A stretch of 64,000 nt of DNA from Eubacteriales bacterium (GTDB lineage Bacteria > Bacillota > Clostridia > Oscillospirales > CAG-382), in contig JAZNMZ010000009.1 of NCBI GenBank assembly GCA_045580005.1, positions 21,154 through 85,153 on the forward strand, written 5' to 3'. Position 1 is the stretch's first letter. Each line of letters opens with the position of its first letter. The position numbers were made by a program, and so were the translations under genes. The notes beneath the pieces were generated by a model. It was not told the DNA's origin. It made no database searches and saw only the letters and a program-made list of their open reading frames with translations. Shown here piece after piece: positions 1-9,097 of the stretch.

Positions 1-255
1 TGATGAGTGTAGCATAATTCCGCCAAACAGTGGAAGCTGTCTGTAAAATTCAAAGCCTTTCCAGATATACTCACAGTCGTTCATAGAAAGATGAGGGTTC
101 TTACTATGTTTGTATTCAATAAACTCCTGCGGCAGGTCAACGGTGAAATCGAAAGCGGCGTCATCAAAGGTCCTGTACGGTTCACTCTGCTTTTGCAAAG
201 TAGGATATTGTGGAGACATAGCAACAGTAAGACCAGCTATTTTATATTTATACAT
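1..255 (-). CDS. hypothetical protein, partial (start in window, 3' end beyond window edge)
   Basis: Minus-strand ATG at 255..253 opens a frame that runs to base 1 (MYKYKIAGLTVAMSPQYPTLQKQSEPY...). It follows the VanZ gene in the same direction. No function recognised. Confidence 0.4.
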   Translation of the reverse strand, partial: MYKYKIAGLTVAMSPQYPTLQKQSEPYRTFDDAAFDFTVDLPQEFIEYKHSKNPHLSMNDCEYIWKGFEFYRQLPLFGGIMLHSS

Positions 256-262
256 ATATACC

Positions 263-760
263 TCACAATTCTTTTTTGTGTTTTTTGCGGTATCTTAGCC
301 AAAAAATACAAAACAAAACGAGTGCTGTAAAAAAAGCACCGCTAGTGTCTATCAGCACATCAATAGGCTGTGGAGATCTGCCTGCAGAAAACTGTTGAGA
401 ATATTCATCGAGAGCACCGATAGCAGCAGAAAACAAAGTCGCAAACAACGGGCAAAACCACATAGGCTTCCTGTGAAAGAAAGCCACAAGATATGCAATT
501 GCCGAAAGCAAAGCATATTCAGAAAAATGAGCCGCTTTACGCACCACTCTTGTAACCAAATCTACAAGAGCGGTGTCAGCACACCCATAGTCAATTCCAA
601 AAAGTTTTTCAAAAATAAATTTTACAAGCACGCCGCTGCTTGCATTTGAATGATCGGCGTCAAGGCTTGAATTGTAGAAAATAAAGAATATCCACAAAAA
701 TAGCAATAAGTAAAGAACGACTATAACGAGCTTTCTGTTCTTAAGCATTATATTATTCAA
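263..760 (-). CDS. VanZ family membrane protein
   Basis: Four or more hydrophobic segments. VanZ-like motifs RKAAHFSEYALL and LDEYSQQFSAGRSPQPIDVLIDTSGA. Confidence 0.7.
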   Translation of the reverse strand: MNNIMLKNRKLVIVVLYLLLFLWIFFIFYNSSLDADHSNASSGVLVKFIFEKLFGIDYGCADTALVDLVTRVVRKAAHFSEYALLSAIAYLVAFFHRKPMWFCPLFATLFSAAIGALDEYSQQFSAGRSPQPIDVLIDTSGAFFTALVLFCIFWLRYRKKHKKEL

Positions 761-762
761 AA

Positions 763-1452
763 TTAATACTTTCCATAGTTCCTGTATGACGAGCTATTGC
801 GCCTTGAACCGACGAGGACCGTACCGAGTATCGGGAAGTTTGCCATCTTGAGAGCTGAAACTACATTTGAAAATTCAGTATACGAAGTCTTGTTTACCCT
901 ACAGGAAAGGATAATACCTGCTGATACAGAAGACAGCATCAAGGCGTCAGAAACGACAAGAACGGGCGGAGAGTCAACAATTATATAATCATAGATATCC
1001 TCTGCTGTCTCCAGCAATTTGTGCATAGCCGAGGAACTAAGAAGTTCTGAGGGGTTAGGCGGTATAGTTCCCGCAGGTAAAAAATCAAGGTTACATGAAT
1101 CAATGTGAATAAGCGAATCTTCGAATGTTTTACTGCCGACAATAACATCTGTAAGACCCGAAACATTTTTCTCTTCAAAAACAGAGTGAAGTCTGGGCTT
1201 ACGCAAATCTCCGTCTATAATCAGCACTTTTTTATTAAGTTTTGCAAGGGAAATTGCAAGATTTGAACTGACAGTAGATTTACACTCAGACGGCATTGCA
1301 CTTGATACCACAATAGTTTTCTTTTTCTTGTCAGATGCTGCGAGCGTGAACATTACATTAGTTCGAAGAAGATTGTATGACTCTCTGTATGCAAAAGGAG
1401 ATTCGTCAGATATTCTGACATTTTTATTCTGATCTTCTATGTGTTTATTCAT
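763..1452 (-). CDS. CpsD/CapB-family tyrosine-protein kinase (BY-kinase)
   Basis: Walker A-like SAMPSECKST, Walker A' VLIIDGDLRKP, Walker B YIIVDSPP and a C-terminal Tyr-rich tail SSSYRNYGKY. Start moved to the internal MNKHIED (1452), which overlaps the upstream stop. Confidence 0.85.
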   Translation of the reverse strand: MNKHIEDQNKNVRISDESPFAYRESYNLLRTNVMFTLAASDKKKKTIVVSSAMPSECKSTVSSNLAISLAKLNKKVLIIDGDLRKPRLHSVFEEKNVSGLTDVIVGSKTFEDSLIHIDSCNLDFLPAGTIPPNPSELLSSSAMHKLLETAEDIYDYIIVDSPPVLVVSDALMLSSVSAGIILSCRVNKTSYTEFSNVVSALKMANFPILGTVLVGSRRNSSSYRNYGKY

Positions 1453-2149
1453 AGTAATTGTAGCCTCCTTTTGACACATTGGATATATCGGGAATGTTTC
1501 CAAGAACGGGAATACTATATCTTCTGCTGAACTCCTCGGCATCAGATATCTTATTGTTTACAATGTTGCTGACAAGAATTATACACACTCCAAGCACCGC
1601 GCCAAAAACAATGGCAACAGCACAGTTATAACCTACCCTCGGAGAAATTGGAGTGGCGCTACCGCAAACTTCTTCAAGACCGGATATGTCACAGCCCTTT
1701 ATAATATTCTCCCTGATGTGAGGAATAAGAGTAGTAGAAACGATGTAGCAAATATCGTTTGCAACTTCAAAACTACTGGAGGTTACATGAATCTCCATAA
1801 GTTCAGTATCTGTCTTTCTGACAGAAATAGCACTCTTAAGGTGAGCTGCGGAGTATTTTCCATCTATAGCCTTTGAAAGATATTGCATCATCTCATCTGT
1901 TTCTATAATTTCGGCGCAAGTCTCCACAAGCAGTCTTGACGCGCTCAGTTCATTTATAGAATAAGAATAGCTGTCATTTGTGTTTCTGACAACAAATGAT
2001 GTTTTAACTCTGTACACCTCTGTGGCAAAAAAGCTCGAATATATAAACGCAAACAAGAAGAAGACCAATGATATAGCAACAACAATCTTCCATTTTTTTA
2101 AAATAAGTTTAAATAAAAAACGCAAATCCATTTCGTTATCAGAAAACAT
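1445..2149 (-). CDS. Wzz/CpsC-type polysaccharide chain-length determinant
   Basis: N- and C-terminal transmembrane segments flank a soluble domain, and it is paired with the BY-kinase. Start set at MFSDNEMDL (2149), which has GGAGG 6 nt upstream. Confidence 0.8.
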   Translation of the reverse strand: MFSDNEMDLRFLFKLILKKWKIVVAISLVFFLFAFIYSSFFATEVYRVKTSFVVRNTNDSYSYSINELSASRLLVETCAEIIETDEMMQYLSKAIDGKYSAAHLKSAISVRKTDTELMEIHVTSSSFEVANDICYIVSTTLIPHIRENIIKGCDISGLEEVCGSATPISPRVGYNCAVAIVFGAVLGVCIILVSNIVNNKISDAEEFSRRYSIPVLGNIPDISNVSKGGYNYYE

Positions 2150-2296
2150 TTTTTCCTCCGTATGTCTAAACAAATTTTATTACACATATATAGAATATTT
2201 TACAGTTTTTACAGTAAAAAGTCAAGGCTTTTTTCCCTATTTGTCACAAAAGACACAAAAAAACTCACCATTATTATTTGCCACAGCAAAAACAAC

Positions 2297-2322
2297 TAAA
2301 GCCTCGCCGAAGCGAGGCTTTA
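2297..2322 (-). terminator. intrinsic terminator candidate downstream of the 2326..2835 gene
   Basis: Perfect 11-bp stem TAAAGCCTCGC / GCGAGGCTTTA with a CGAA loop. A T-run follows on the minus strand. Confidence 0.5.
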
Positions 2323-2325
2323 GAC

Positions 2326-2835
2326 TCAATTTGCAAAATCGCAGAAGGTTCTGACAAATCCACCCATCGATGACGAGGATATGTCCCCTGCTATAACTCT
2401 GTTTTTATATATTATGAGGTTTAAAAAAACTTTGCCTGACGGTTCACCCTGAGAGTTTTTAGGATAGTTCAGAATCTCGTATGTATATCTTGTTATTTTC
2501 TTACCTTTATATTTTGAAAGGTCAAGACCCTGCGCTTTTTGAATATTGTTATAATCCTCGTAAACAGAATCAAATTTCTTCGGCACCTTTGTCGTATACT
2601 CCTCCATGGGATCTGCCGACACCTCTATGCCGAATTTATTTATAAATTCAAGTCTGTCCTCGGCAGTCTTTATTCCGTTGAAACTGATTGCCTCGTTGGC
2701 AGAGGCCGATACATACGCCATTCCGTTTGTGTCATAATCAGGTAAAAAAAAGATTGCTCCTGCAATGACAAGGCACGCAACAAGTGCAATGCTGGCAAGC
2801 TTTATAGATTTTCCTTTCAGCGAGTATACAAACAT
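2326..2835 (-). CDS. membrane-anchored hypothetical protein (DUF4830-like)
   Basis: N-terminal transmembrane anchor followed by a soluble domain. Overall resemblance to DUF4830 proteins common in Clostridia, recalled from memory only. Confidence 0.4.
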   Translation of the reverse strand: MFVYSLKGKSIKLASIALVACLVIAGAIFFLPDYDTNGMAYVSASANEAISFNGIKTAEDRLEFINKFGIEVSADPMEEYTTKVPKKFDSVYEDYNNIQKAQGLDLSKYKGKKITRYTYEILNYPKNSQGEPSGKVFLNLIIYKNRVIAGDISSSSMGGFVRTFCDFAN

Positions 2836-2893
2836 ATTTTTTCTCCTTGTAACATTAATTTTCGTTACTAAAATATATGCAGTATACTCCGTA

Positions 2894-3382
2894 TTATTCC
2901 GAAATACGCAGATTTATCTTTTCTTTTTTACTGTTTCTCAGTTTTTTAAAAAAGCTTTTTAAAATCCGAGAACACTCATCTTCGCAGATACCATATGTTA
3001 TATTTGGTTTGTGATTATATGGTAAATCATTGAAATTTATTACACTGCCAAAACTGCCGGCTTTCGCGTCATATGCTCCTATATACAAATTTCTGATACG
3101 GGAGTTTATTATAGCTCCTGCACACATAGGGCACGGCTCCAGAGTCACATACATATCGCACTCCCACAAGCGCCATCCGCCCAGCTTTCTGCAAGCGCTG
3201 TCTATTGCAGAAATTTCGGCATGGTAAAGTGCGTTCTTACCCGTTTCTCTGCGATTTCTGCCACCTGATATAATACGTCCTTTATGCACAATTACAGCTC
3301 CAACCGGGATTTCTCCGTTCTTTGCCGCAGTCTTTGCGCGACCCAAAGCCGCTTTCATGTAATATTCATTACTCTTTTGCAT
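2894..3382 (-). CDS. tadA: tRNA adenosine(34) deaminase
   Basis: CDA-fold zinc motifs HAEISAI and PCPMCAGAI. Size of about 160 aa. Confidence 0.9.
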   Translation of the reverse strand: MQKSNEYYMKAALGRAKTAAKNGEIPVGAVIVHKGRIISGGRNRRETGKNALYHAEISAIDSACRKLGGWRLWECDMYVTLEPCPMCAGAIINSRIRNLYIGAYDAKAGSFGSVINFNDLPYNHKPNITYGICEDECSRILKSFFKKLRNSKKEKINLRISE

Positions 3383-3386
3383 ACAC

Positions 3387-4430
3387 TTACCCCCATATAA
3401 TAGGAAGCCACAGCAACAGCAAATATATAAGAAAAACAGGTGTAAACATAGCTGTCACCTTCACTTCATTTTTTGTAGTATCGGCATATTGCAGGTTGCC
3501 TGAGATTTTCTTGTAAGTGTATGCAAAAATCATAGCACCGGCAATACCGAGAGCGAAAACTATAAAAGGATAGGATATCGAAATAATATCAAAAAGCGCT
3601 GGCAACTTTCGTTCTGCAAGCATTATAATGCATGAAATGAAATTATTGACAAAGTGAATAATCATTGGGGTTTTCATGTTTCCTGTAGATACCGTTAAGT
3701 ATGCAAAGAATATTCCCGCACACAGCGCAAACAGCATAGAATCATAGCTGTGAGTCAGAGCAAAAAAGACAGACGAAACAACAATCGCAAAGTTTTTGCC
3801 GAAAGGCAGAAGCGTTCCTAATATATAGCCTCTGAAAATAAATTCCTCGAGAGTTGCAGGAACAACTGTAGTAGATATGAGCCATATTACAGTTGCAAGA
3901 ATGCTGTATTGCGAAAGCTCACCTACAGCAACACTCTGGCTTTTCTCAGAAAAAAACACAGAAGAAATGTTGCCGAGAAACGCAGACGCTATAATAATAA
4001 AAAATGTATATGGTATAATTTTTTGATTTAATCTTCCTTTAAGGTTGAAAAAGTCAGTCACCTTTGCGCATCTTAAGCGTATCACAGCATAAAAAGGTAC
4101 AAAAAAGCAAACAAAATATCTGAGCGCGCTTAATAATTCTTTAAGAGCATATGAATTCAGAGCACTATTTGCAAAGGCAACAGATTCCCGAACCGAAAGC
4201 TCTGAGAAAGACATGACTACAAAAGAAAACGCATAAGAAATGCTATCAAGAGCAAAACACTCGATTAAATATGAAAGCGTTCCATATAACACAGACACTC
4301 CCAGGACAAGAAAAAAAGCAAACGCAATACTGTTAACTTCCTGTTTTGCAAGTCGTGTAAGCGATTTATTATCAGTAGACTCTTGCACGCAAAGAGAACC
4401 TTTATTTGGTTGTTGGTAATACTGATTCAT
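3387..4430 (-). CDS. CPBP family intramembrane glutamic endopeptidase
   Basis: Polytopic membrane protein with motifs EEFIFRG, FALTH and HFVNNF. Confidence 0.75.
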   Translation of the reverse strand: MNQYYQQPNKGSLCVQESTDNKSLTRLAKQEVNSIAFAFFLVLGVSVLYGTLSYLIECFALDSISYAFSFVVMSFSELSVRESVAFANSALNSYALKELLSALRYFVCFFVPFYAVIRLRCAKVTDFFNLKGRLNQKIIPYTFFIIIASAFLGNISSVFFSEKSQSVAVGELSQYSILATVIWLISTTVVPATLEEFIFRGYILGTLLPFGKNFAIVVSSVFFALTHSYDSMLFALCAGIFFAYLTVSTGNMKTPMIIHFVNNFISCIIMLAERKLPALFDIISISYPFIVFALGIAGAMIFAYTYKKISGNLQYADTTKNEVKVTAMFTPVFLIYLLLLWLPIIWG

Positions 4431-4453
4431 AATTCCTCCCTACAATCTTGTGC

Positions 4454-4490
4454 AAAAAGAATGCAGCCATAAAAAAGGCTGCATTCCAAA
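4454..4490 (-). terminator. intrinsic terminator after the lipoprotein gene
   Basis: 10-bp stem GAATGCAGCC / GGCTGCATTC. A T-run follows on the minus strand. Confidence 0.6.
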
Positions 4491-4537
4491 AATAATTATT
4501 AAATTATAACTCAGCCTTTTAAAAGAGTTTCAGCAGT

Positions 4538-6328
4538 TTAATCTTCAATGAGGTAGTCTTCTTCAACGACAGTTCTGGGGTTTGTGGGGTGATATGGATT
4601 TGAAATATCCGAAAATCTGCTGTAAAGAGAGTCAATCTCTTCAACAGTATCTGCGAATGTATAAACTTCCTCTTCTGCTATATTGCTGTCTGTTTCTTCT
4701 GCATCTGCTGCGTTTTCTGCATAATATGCAGCAAGCTCAGCAGAAATGTCAATAGCAGCAAGCCTGTTCTTGATTTCACTCTTTATGCTGTTAATATCAT
4801 AGCTACCTGACATAAGTCCGGGGTAATATGCTCTGGTGATTTCATTTGCTTTTTCAAGCATGATCTTATCTTCAATATCAAGATCCGCAGTTGAGAATCC
4901 AAGGAATGCATGGGGAACAGAATCAAGATTCTGCGCCTTGTATGACTCGATGTAACCAGATTCGCCGATTTCTGTGTGCTTGATATACAGATTACCCGTC
5001 TGCTTGTTATTCATGCTGTAAACGCCGTCTGCAGTCACATGAGTAACCTCTCCTGCATCATCAGCATAGTAGTGAGTACCCTCAATGCCGTACTGAAGAA
5101 GGTTTGCAAGTTCAGGATTTGTGTTGAAATGTCTAATAAGCTCTGTCGCTCTGCTGGGATTCTCTGAATATTTGCTTACAACAAATACAGAATTGAGAAT
5201 ATTTTCAGAAGTAGCACGGGGCGCTTTGTATACGACACATTCGTAACCCTGAGCCTCAAGCTCCTGCATTTTGTGATAGCTACCTGTTCTTACATCAACA
5301 GCAAACGCTTCACCGTTGTAACTTGCAGGTATATACCCTGCAAGTCTGTAATTTCTGATAGTTTCAAAGTGGTCATAGAACGCGTTTACATCAAACAGCG
5401 AAACGGCAAAACCAGGGAATGCTGATTCATCGTCAAACTTCTGTGTTCCGACAGCAGAACCGTCTTCACCCAAAAAGTCAAACCCATATACACTTGCAGC
5501 TCGTGTCAGCGGAACATAACCGGGTTCTCTTGTTCTTATTACGGAGAGGTATTCTCCGAGTGATTCGAATGTGTTGAGATTTTCTGCGGAATAGCCATAC
5601 TTGTCAAGAAGACCCTTGTCAAACACAAAGTATTCATACTCGCCGATAGGCTTGTTTGTAGGAACACCGTAAGTCAGTCCCTTGCCTGCCTTTGCTCCAA
5701 GGAAAAATGTTGGGTGAATATATGAATTGAGGATCTTGTTTTCGAGAGTAATATAGCTGTCGATAGAAGCAAGTCTTTCGTCTTCGATAAGCTCAAAGAA
5801 CTTGTCTGCACTGTTTACAAAAAAGATGTCAAGCTGGGGATGCTCAAGTTCAATATCTGTGCTGTCCTCGTCAAAGACCTGGTCAATAAGCTCATTGAAC
5901 TCCTGATCAACCGACTCAGCATCTTCAACCGCTTCTGATTCTTCCTTTTTTGTGCCTGTAGCGCTGTTGGCTTCCTTAGCTGCCTTGCGCTTTGCCTCTG
6001 TCTCAGCCTGCTTTTGCTCCTGATATTCAATAGCTTCCTGCTCTGCAGTATCTACTGCAGCCCAATATTCATCTTCGGTAAAATAATTAATCTTTACCAT
6101 TGTCTTATATTCAGGCAAAGTAATTTCGTTGATTGCCATCTGAACAGCCTTTGCTTGGTCAAGATCAGTTTCTGCGTTTGTAATAACATACATATTTAGT
6201 GTTACATTCTGCTTGATTGTGTTGGTAGATGCGGTTGTTTCGTCATCAATCTGATTGCATCCAGACAAAATCACCGGCGCTACCATAAGCGCAGCAAGAG
6301 AAATACCCAAAAAGTTTTTAGATTTCAT
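4538..6328 (-). CDS. extracellular solute-binding lipoprotein (ABC substrate-binding family 1-like)
   Basis: Lipobox signal peptide ...VILSGC. Large SBP-like body with an acidic, Lys/Glu-rich insertion. No permease or ATPase gene adjacent. Confidence 0.65.
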   Translation of the reverse strand: MKSKNFLGISLAALMVAPVILSGCNQIDDETTASTNTIKQNVTLNMYVITNAETDLDQAKAVQMAINEITLPEYKTMVKINYFTEDEYWAAVDTAEQEAIEYQEQKQAETEAKRKAAKEANSATGTKKEESEAVEDAESVDQEFNELIDQVFDEDSTDIELEHPQLDIFFVNSADKFFELIEDERLASIDSYITLENKILNSYIHPTFFLGAKAGKGLTYGVPTNKPIGEYEYFVFDKGLLDKYGYSAENLNTFESLGEYLSVIRTREPGYVPLTRAASVYGFDFLGEDGSAVGTQKFDDESAFPGFAVSLFDVNAFYDHFETIRNYRLAGYIPASYNGEAFAVDVRTGSYHKMQELEAQGYECVVYKAPRATSENILNSVFVVSKYSENPSRATELIRHFNTNPELANLLQYGIEGTHYYADDAGEVTHVTADGVYSMNNKQTGNLYIKHTEIGESGYIESYKAQNLDSVPHAFLGFSTADLDIEDKIMLEKANEITRAYYPGLMSGSYDINSIKSEIKNRLAAIDISAELAAYYAENAADAEETDSNIAEEEVYTFADTVEEIDSLYSRFSDISNPYHPTNPRTVVEEDYLIED

Positions 6329-6524
6329 TATTACAAATCCTCCAATAGTTTAAAACTTAATTTTTCCTTAAAAGGATATATATTACATCTTGTATATTTT
6401 ACACCAATTATTCGAGCGTGTCAAGAGAAGAAATGATTTTTGTAAATATTGTATAGTATAAATCACCTATATGGCATAAAGTGCATAAAATCATGTGTGC
6501 AAAAAGCCAAAACTACACAGCCCA

Positions 6525-7889
6525 TCACTCAGCGGTTTCGTCTTCCCTGTCATCGTCGATATTAATTGTCATAAACAATTCTTCAATATGGTGCTCTTGC
6601 ACAGACAGCACCTTGAAAATCAGATTGCCAAATGTCACACTGACAGTCTCGCCATCCTCGGGAATAATTCCAAGAAGACTGACAACAAGACCCCCTATAG
6701 TTTCACAGTTGTTCTCGTTCGGAATGACTATCTGCGCCGCATCCTCAACATCCTTAATCGAAACAAGTCCGTTGAGAATATATTCGTTGTCAGAGATTTT
6801 TCTGACATCAGTGATTTCGGGTTCAGTATCGTACTCATCGTGCATAGTACCCATTATAGACTCAAGAAGGTCCTCCATAGTAACAATACCGAGTGTTCCG
6901 CCATATTCATCTATAACAATTGCCATCTGAATATGTGTGTCCTTGAACTTTTCAAAAAGCTCCTTGAAGCTATTTGTTTCTGGAACATACAGTGCAGTTC
7001 TCATATATTCCCTGATATCAAATTTTCCGATAAGCTCCTCCGACAGTCCACCATTGGCGTCCTTGATTATCTTAATCAAGTCTTTTGTATAAAAAAGGCC
7101 AATAACATTGTCAAGAGTGCCGTCATACACAGGCATTCTCGAAAAGCCGAAATCGTTTGCAAGCGCAACTATCTCGTCAAGCGGAGTGTTAACTTCGATT
7201 GCTGTGATATCTGTACGGTGGGTCGTAATTTCTCCAACCAATCTGTCGTCAAACTCGAAAACATTATGTATCATCTGCTTTTCGCTCTCTTCGATGGTGC
7301 CGCTAACCTCGCCGACATCGACGAGCATTCTGATGTCGTCCTCTGTTACCTCCTCATCCTGCTCTCGAGGGTTAACTCCTAGAAACGCAAGGAACAATGT
7401 TGTGATTCCCCTGTTTACAAGGTAAATCGGATAAAACAGCTTTGCAAAGAACACGAGCATAGACACGCACGAAAGACATAGCTTGTCAGTGTTCTTTGCT
7501 GCATACTTTGACGGAAGCCTCTTGGAAAAGGAGCAAAGCACAAGAAAAACTATAATAAAGAGAAATAAACAAGAAATAATTTCACTGATTCCGATATCTA
7601 TTTCCGAGAATAAAGCAAGTTTTGCAAAAGAAAAAGCAAATTTGACACTTACAAGCATTGTGAATATTATCATCAACACTCTCTGCCCAAGATCCACGAC
7701 CGACGAAATCTTGTCCTGTCTTTCTATAACAGAAAGAAGTCTTTCGGTCTTGGCGGTGTCCTCGGGAAAAATCTTTCTGATATTGTTGGGTGTCTGCGAA
7801 AGGACTGCAGCCTTTGCAAACTCAGAAAGAAAGCACAAAACGGAAATAGCAATCAAAATCAGTATACTACTCCAGGGGTCCATATACAC
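6525..7889 (-). CDS. hemolysin/CNNM family protein (DUF21 + CBS pair + CorC_HlyC)
   Basis: N-terminal 4-TM DUF21 region, a central CBS-pair-like region and a C-terminal CorC/HlyC-like domain. Confidence 0.8.
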   Translation of the reverse strand: MYMDPWSSILILIAISVLCFLSEFAKAAVLSQTPNNIRKIFPEDTAKTERLLSVIERQDKISSVVDLGQRVLMIIFTMLVSVKFAFSFAKLALFSEIDIGISEIISCLFLFIIVFLVLCSFSKRLPSKYAAKNTDKLCLSCVSMLVFFAKLFYPIYLVNRGITTLFLAFLGVNPREQDEEVTEDDIRMLVDVGEVSGTIEESEKQMIHNVFEFDDRLVGEITTHRTDITAIEVNTPLDEIVALANDFGFSRMPVYDGTLDNVIGLFYTKDLIKIIKDANGGLSEELIGKFDIREYMRTALYVPETNSFKELFEKFKDTHIQMAIVIDEYGGTLGIVTMEDLLESIMGTMHDEYDTEPEITDVRKISDNEYILNGLVSIKDVEDAAQIVIPNENNCETIGGLVVSLLGIIPEDGETVSVTFGNLIFKVLSVQEHHIEELFMTINIDDDREDETAE

Positions 7890-8008
7890 TCTCCTTATAA
7901 TGTATCGGCAAAATCGATACCCTTTTAATTTATGATAATATTATACAATACATGTCAAAAAAAGTCAATGAACATTTTCTCACAATGATTGAACATTAAA
8001 AAGAAAAC

Positions 8009-8037
8009 TTGACAATTTCTGCTAAAAAAACTATAAT
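8009..8037 (+). promoter_or_regulatory. sigma-A-type promoter candidate for manA
   Basis: TTGACA, 17-nt spacer, TATAAT, located about 35 nt upstream of the manA RBS. Confidence 0.55.
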
Positions 8038-8069
8038 ATTCATGTAAAATGTTTTGGAGGTAATATAAT

Positions 8070-9005
8070 ATGTATCCGTTGAAGTTAAAATCAGTATTGA
8101 AAGAAATAATCTGGGGAGGCACACTGTTGTCTGAGCAGTTCGATAAAGGTGAAAAAGGACAGAAAATCGCTGAAGCATGGGTACTTGCCAACAGACCGGA
8201 CGGTATTTGTATTGTTGAAAACGGTGAATATGCAGGGAAAAGTCTTAATGAAGTGCTACCGGAAAGCTCTGAGCCGTTTCCGCTTCTGATAAAGCTTATA
8301 GACGCCTGTGACAGACTTTCTGTACAGGTTCATCCCGATGATAAGTATGCAAAAATGTGCGGTCTTGATGCCGGAAAGACAGAAATGTGGTATATTCTTG
8401 AAGCAACACCTGACGCAAAGCTTGTATACGGCATGAACAAGGACACAGACTTTACAGATGATGATATTCGCTCTGCAGCTGCAGACGGAACACTTGACAA
8501 GTACCTCAACTATGTTCCCGTAAAAAAAGGTGATGTATTCTTTATACCCGCAGGTCTTGTACACGCTATCGGCAAAGGCATTCTTATTGCCGAGGTTCAG
8601 CAGAATTCAAACACAACATACAGACTTTACGATTATGACAGAAGAGATAAAGACGGAAAAGGCCGCGAGCTTCATATTGAGGAGGCTCTCAGGGTTATTG
8701 ACAAGACACTTCCGCACGGCGACAACATTCCTACTGTTCTTTTTGACAGGGACGGCAAAGTACTGAAGCAGCTTTGCACCTGCGAATTCTTCTCGGTTGA
8801 AAGTCTTAGCCTAAACAAAGCAGAACACACTTTAAAAGCTGACAAAATGATACATCTGCTCTGCACAGACGGAAAAGGCAGTCTGGTATGCGACAATGTT
8901 ACATATGATTTCAGCAAAGGCGAAAGCTATCTTCTGACAGAAGGGCTTTCCGACATCATAATATCAGCAGAAAATTGTGAGCTTATCGTTTCTGCCACAA
9001 AATAA
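8070..9005 (+). CDS. manA: class I mannose-6-phosphate isomerase
   Basis: Firmicute-type PMI: MYPLKLK..IWGG start, QVHPDD metal motif, cupin core. Confidence 0.85.
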   Translation: MYPLKLKSVLKEIIWGGTLLSEQFDKGEKGQKIAEAWVLANRPDGICIVENGEYAGKSLNEVLPESSEPFPLLIKLIDACDRLSVQVHPDDKYAKMCGLDAGKTEMWYILEATPDAKLVYGMNKDTDFTDDDIRSAAADGTLDKYLNYVPVKKGDVFFIPAGLVHAIGKGILIAEVQQNSNTTYRLYDYDRRDKDGKGRELHIEEALRVIDKTLPHGDNIPTVLFDRDGKVLKQLCTCEFFSVESLSLNKAEHTLKADKMIHLLCTDGKGSLVCDNVTYDFSKGESYLLTEGLSDIIISAENCELIVSATK

Positions 9006-9025
9006 TTTTTATACCGCATAATTGC

Positions 9026-9078
9026 AAAAGCACCTCCACATACTAAAAAAGCTTTAGTACGGAGGTGCTTTTATTTTG
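9026..9078. terminator. bidirectional terminator hairpin between convergent genes
   Basis: 12-bp stem AAAAGCACCTCC / GGAGGTGCTTTT with A/T runs on both sides. Confidence 0.55.
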
Positions 9079-9097
9079 TAACTTTATAAAAATCCGA

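Noticed and set aside
5815-6030. 71-aa highly basic alternative-frame ORF inside the lipoprotein gene
   Set aside because: It is a by-product of the GAA/AAG-rich charged insertion read in another frame. No independent signals.
6495-7382. 295-aa plus-strand ORF (and the 149-aa ORF at 6481..6930)
   Set aside because: It is entirely antisense to the well-supported CNNM/hemolysin gene. It has no RBS and its composition is low-complexity with no recognisable motif. It is a shadow ORF.
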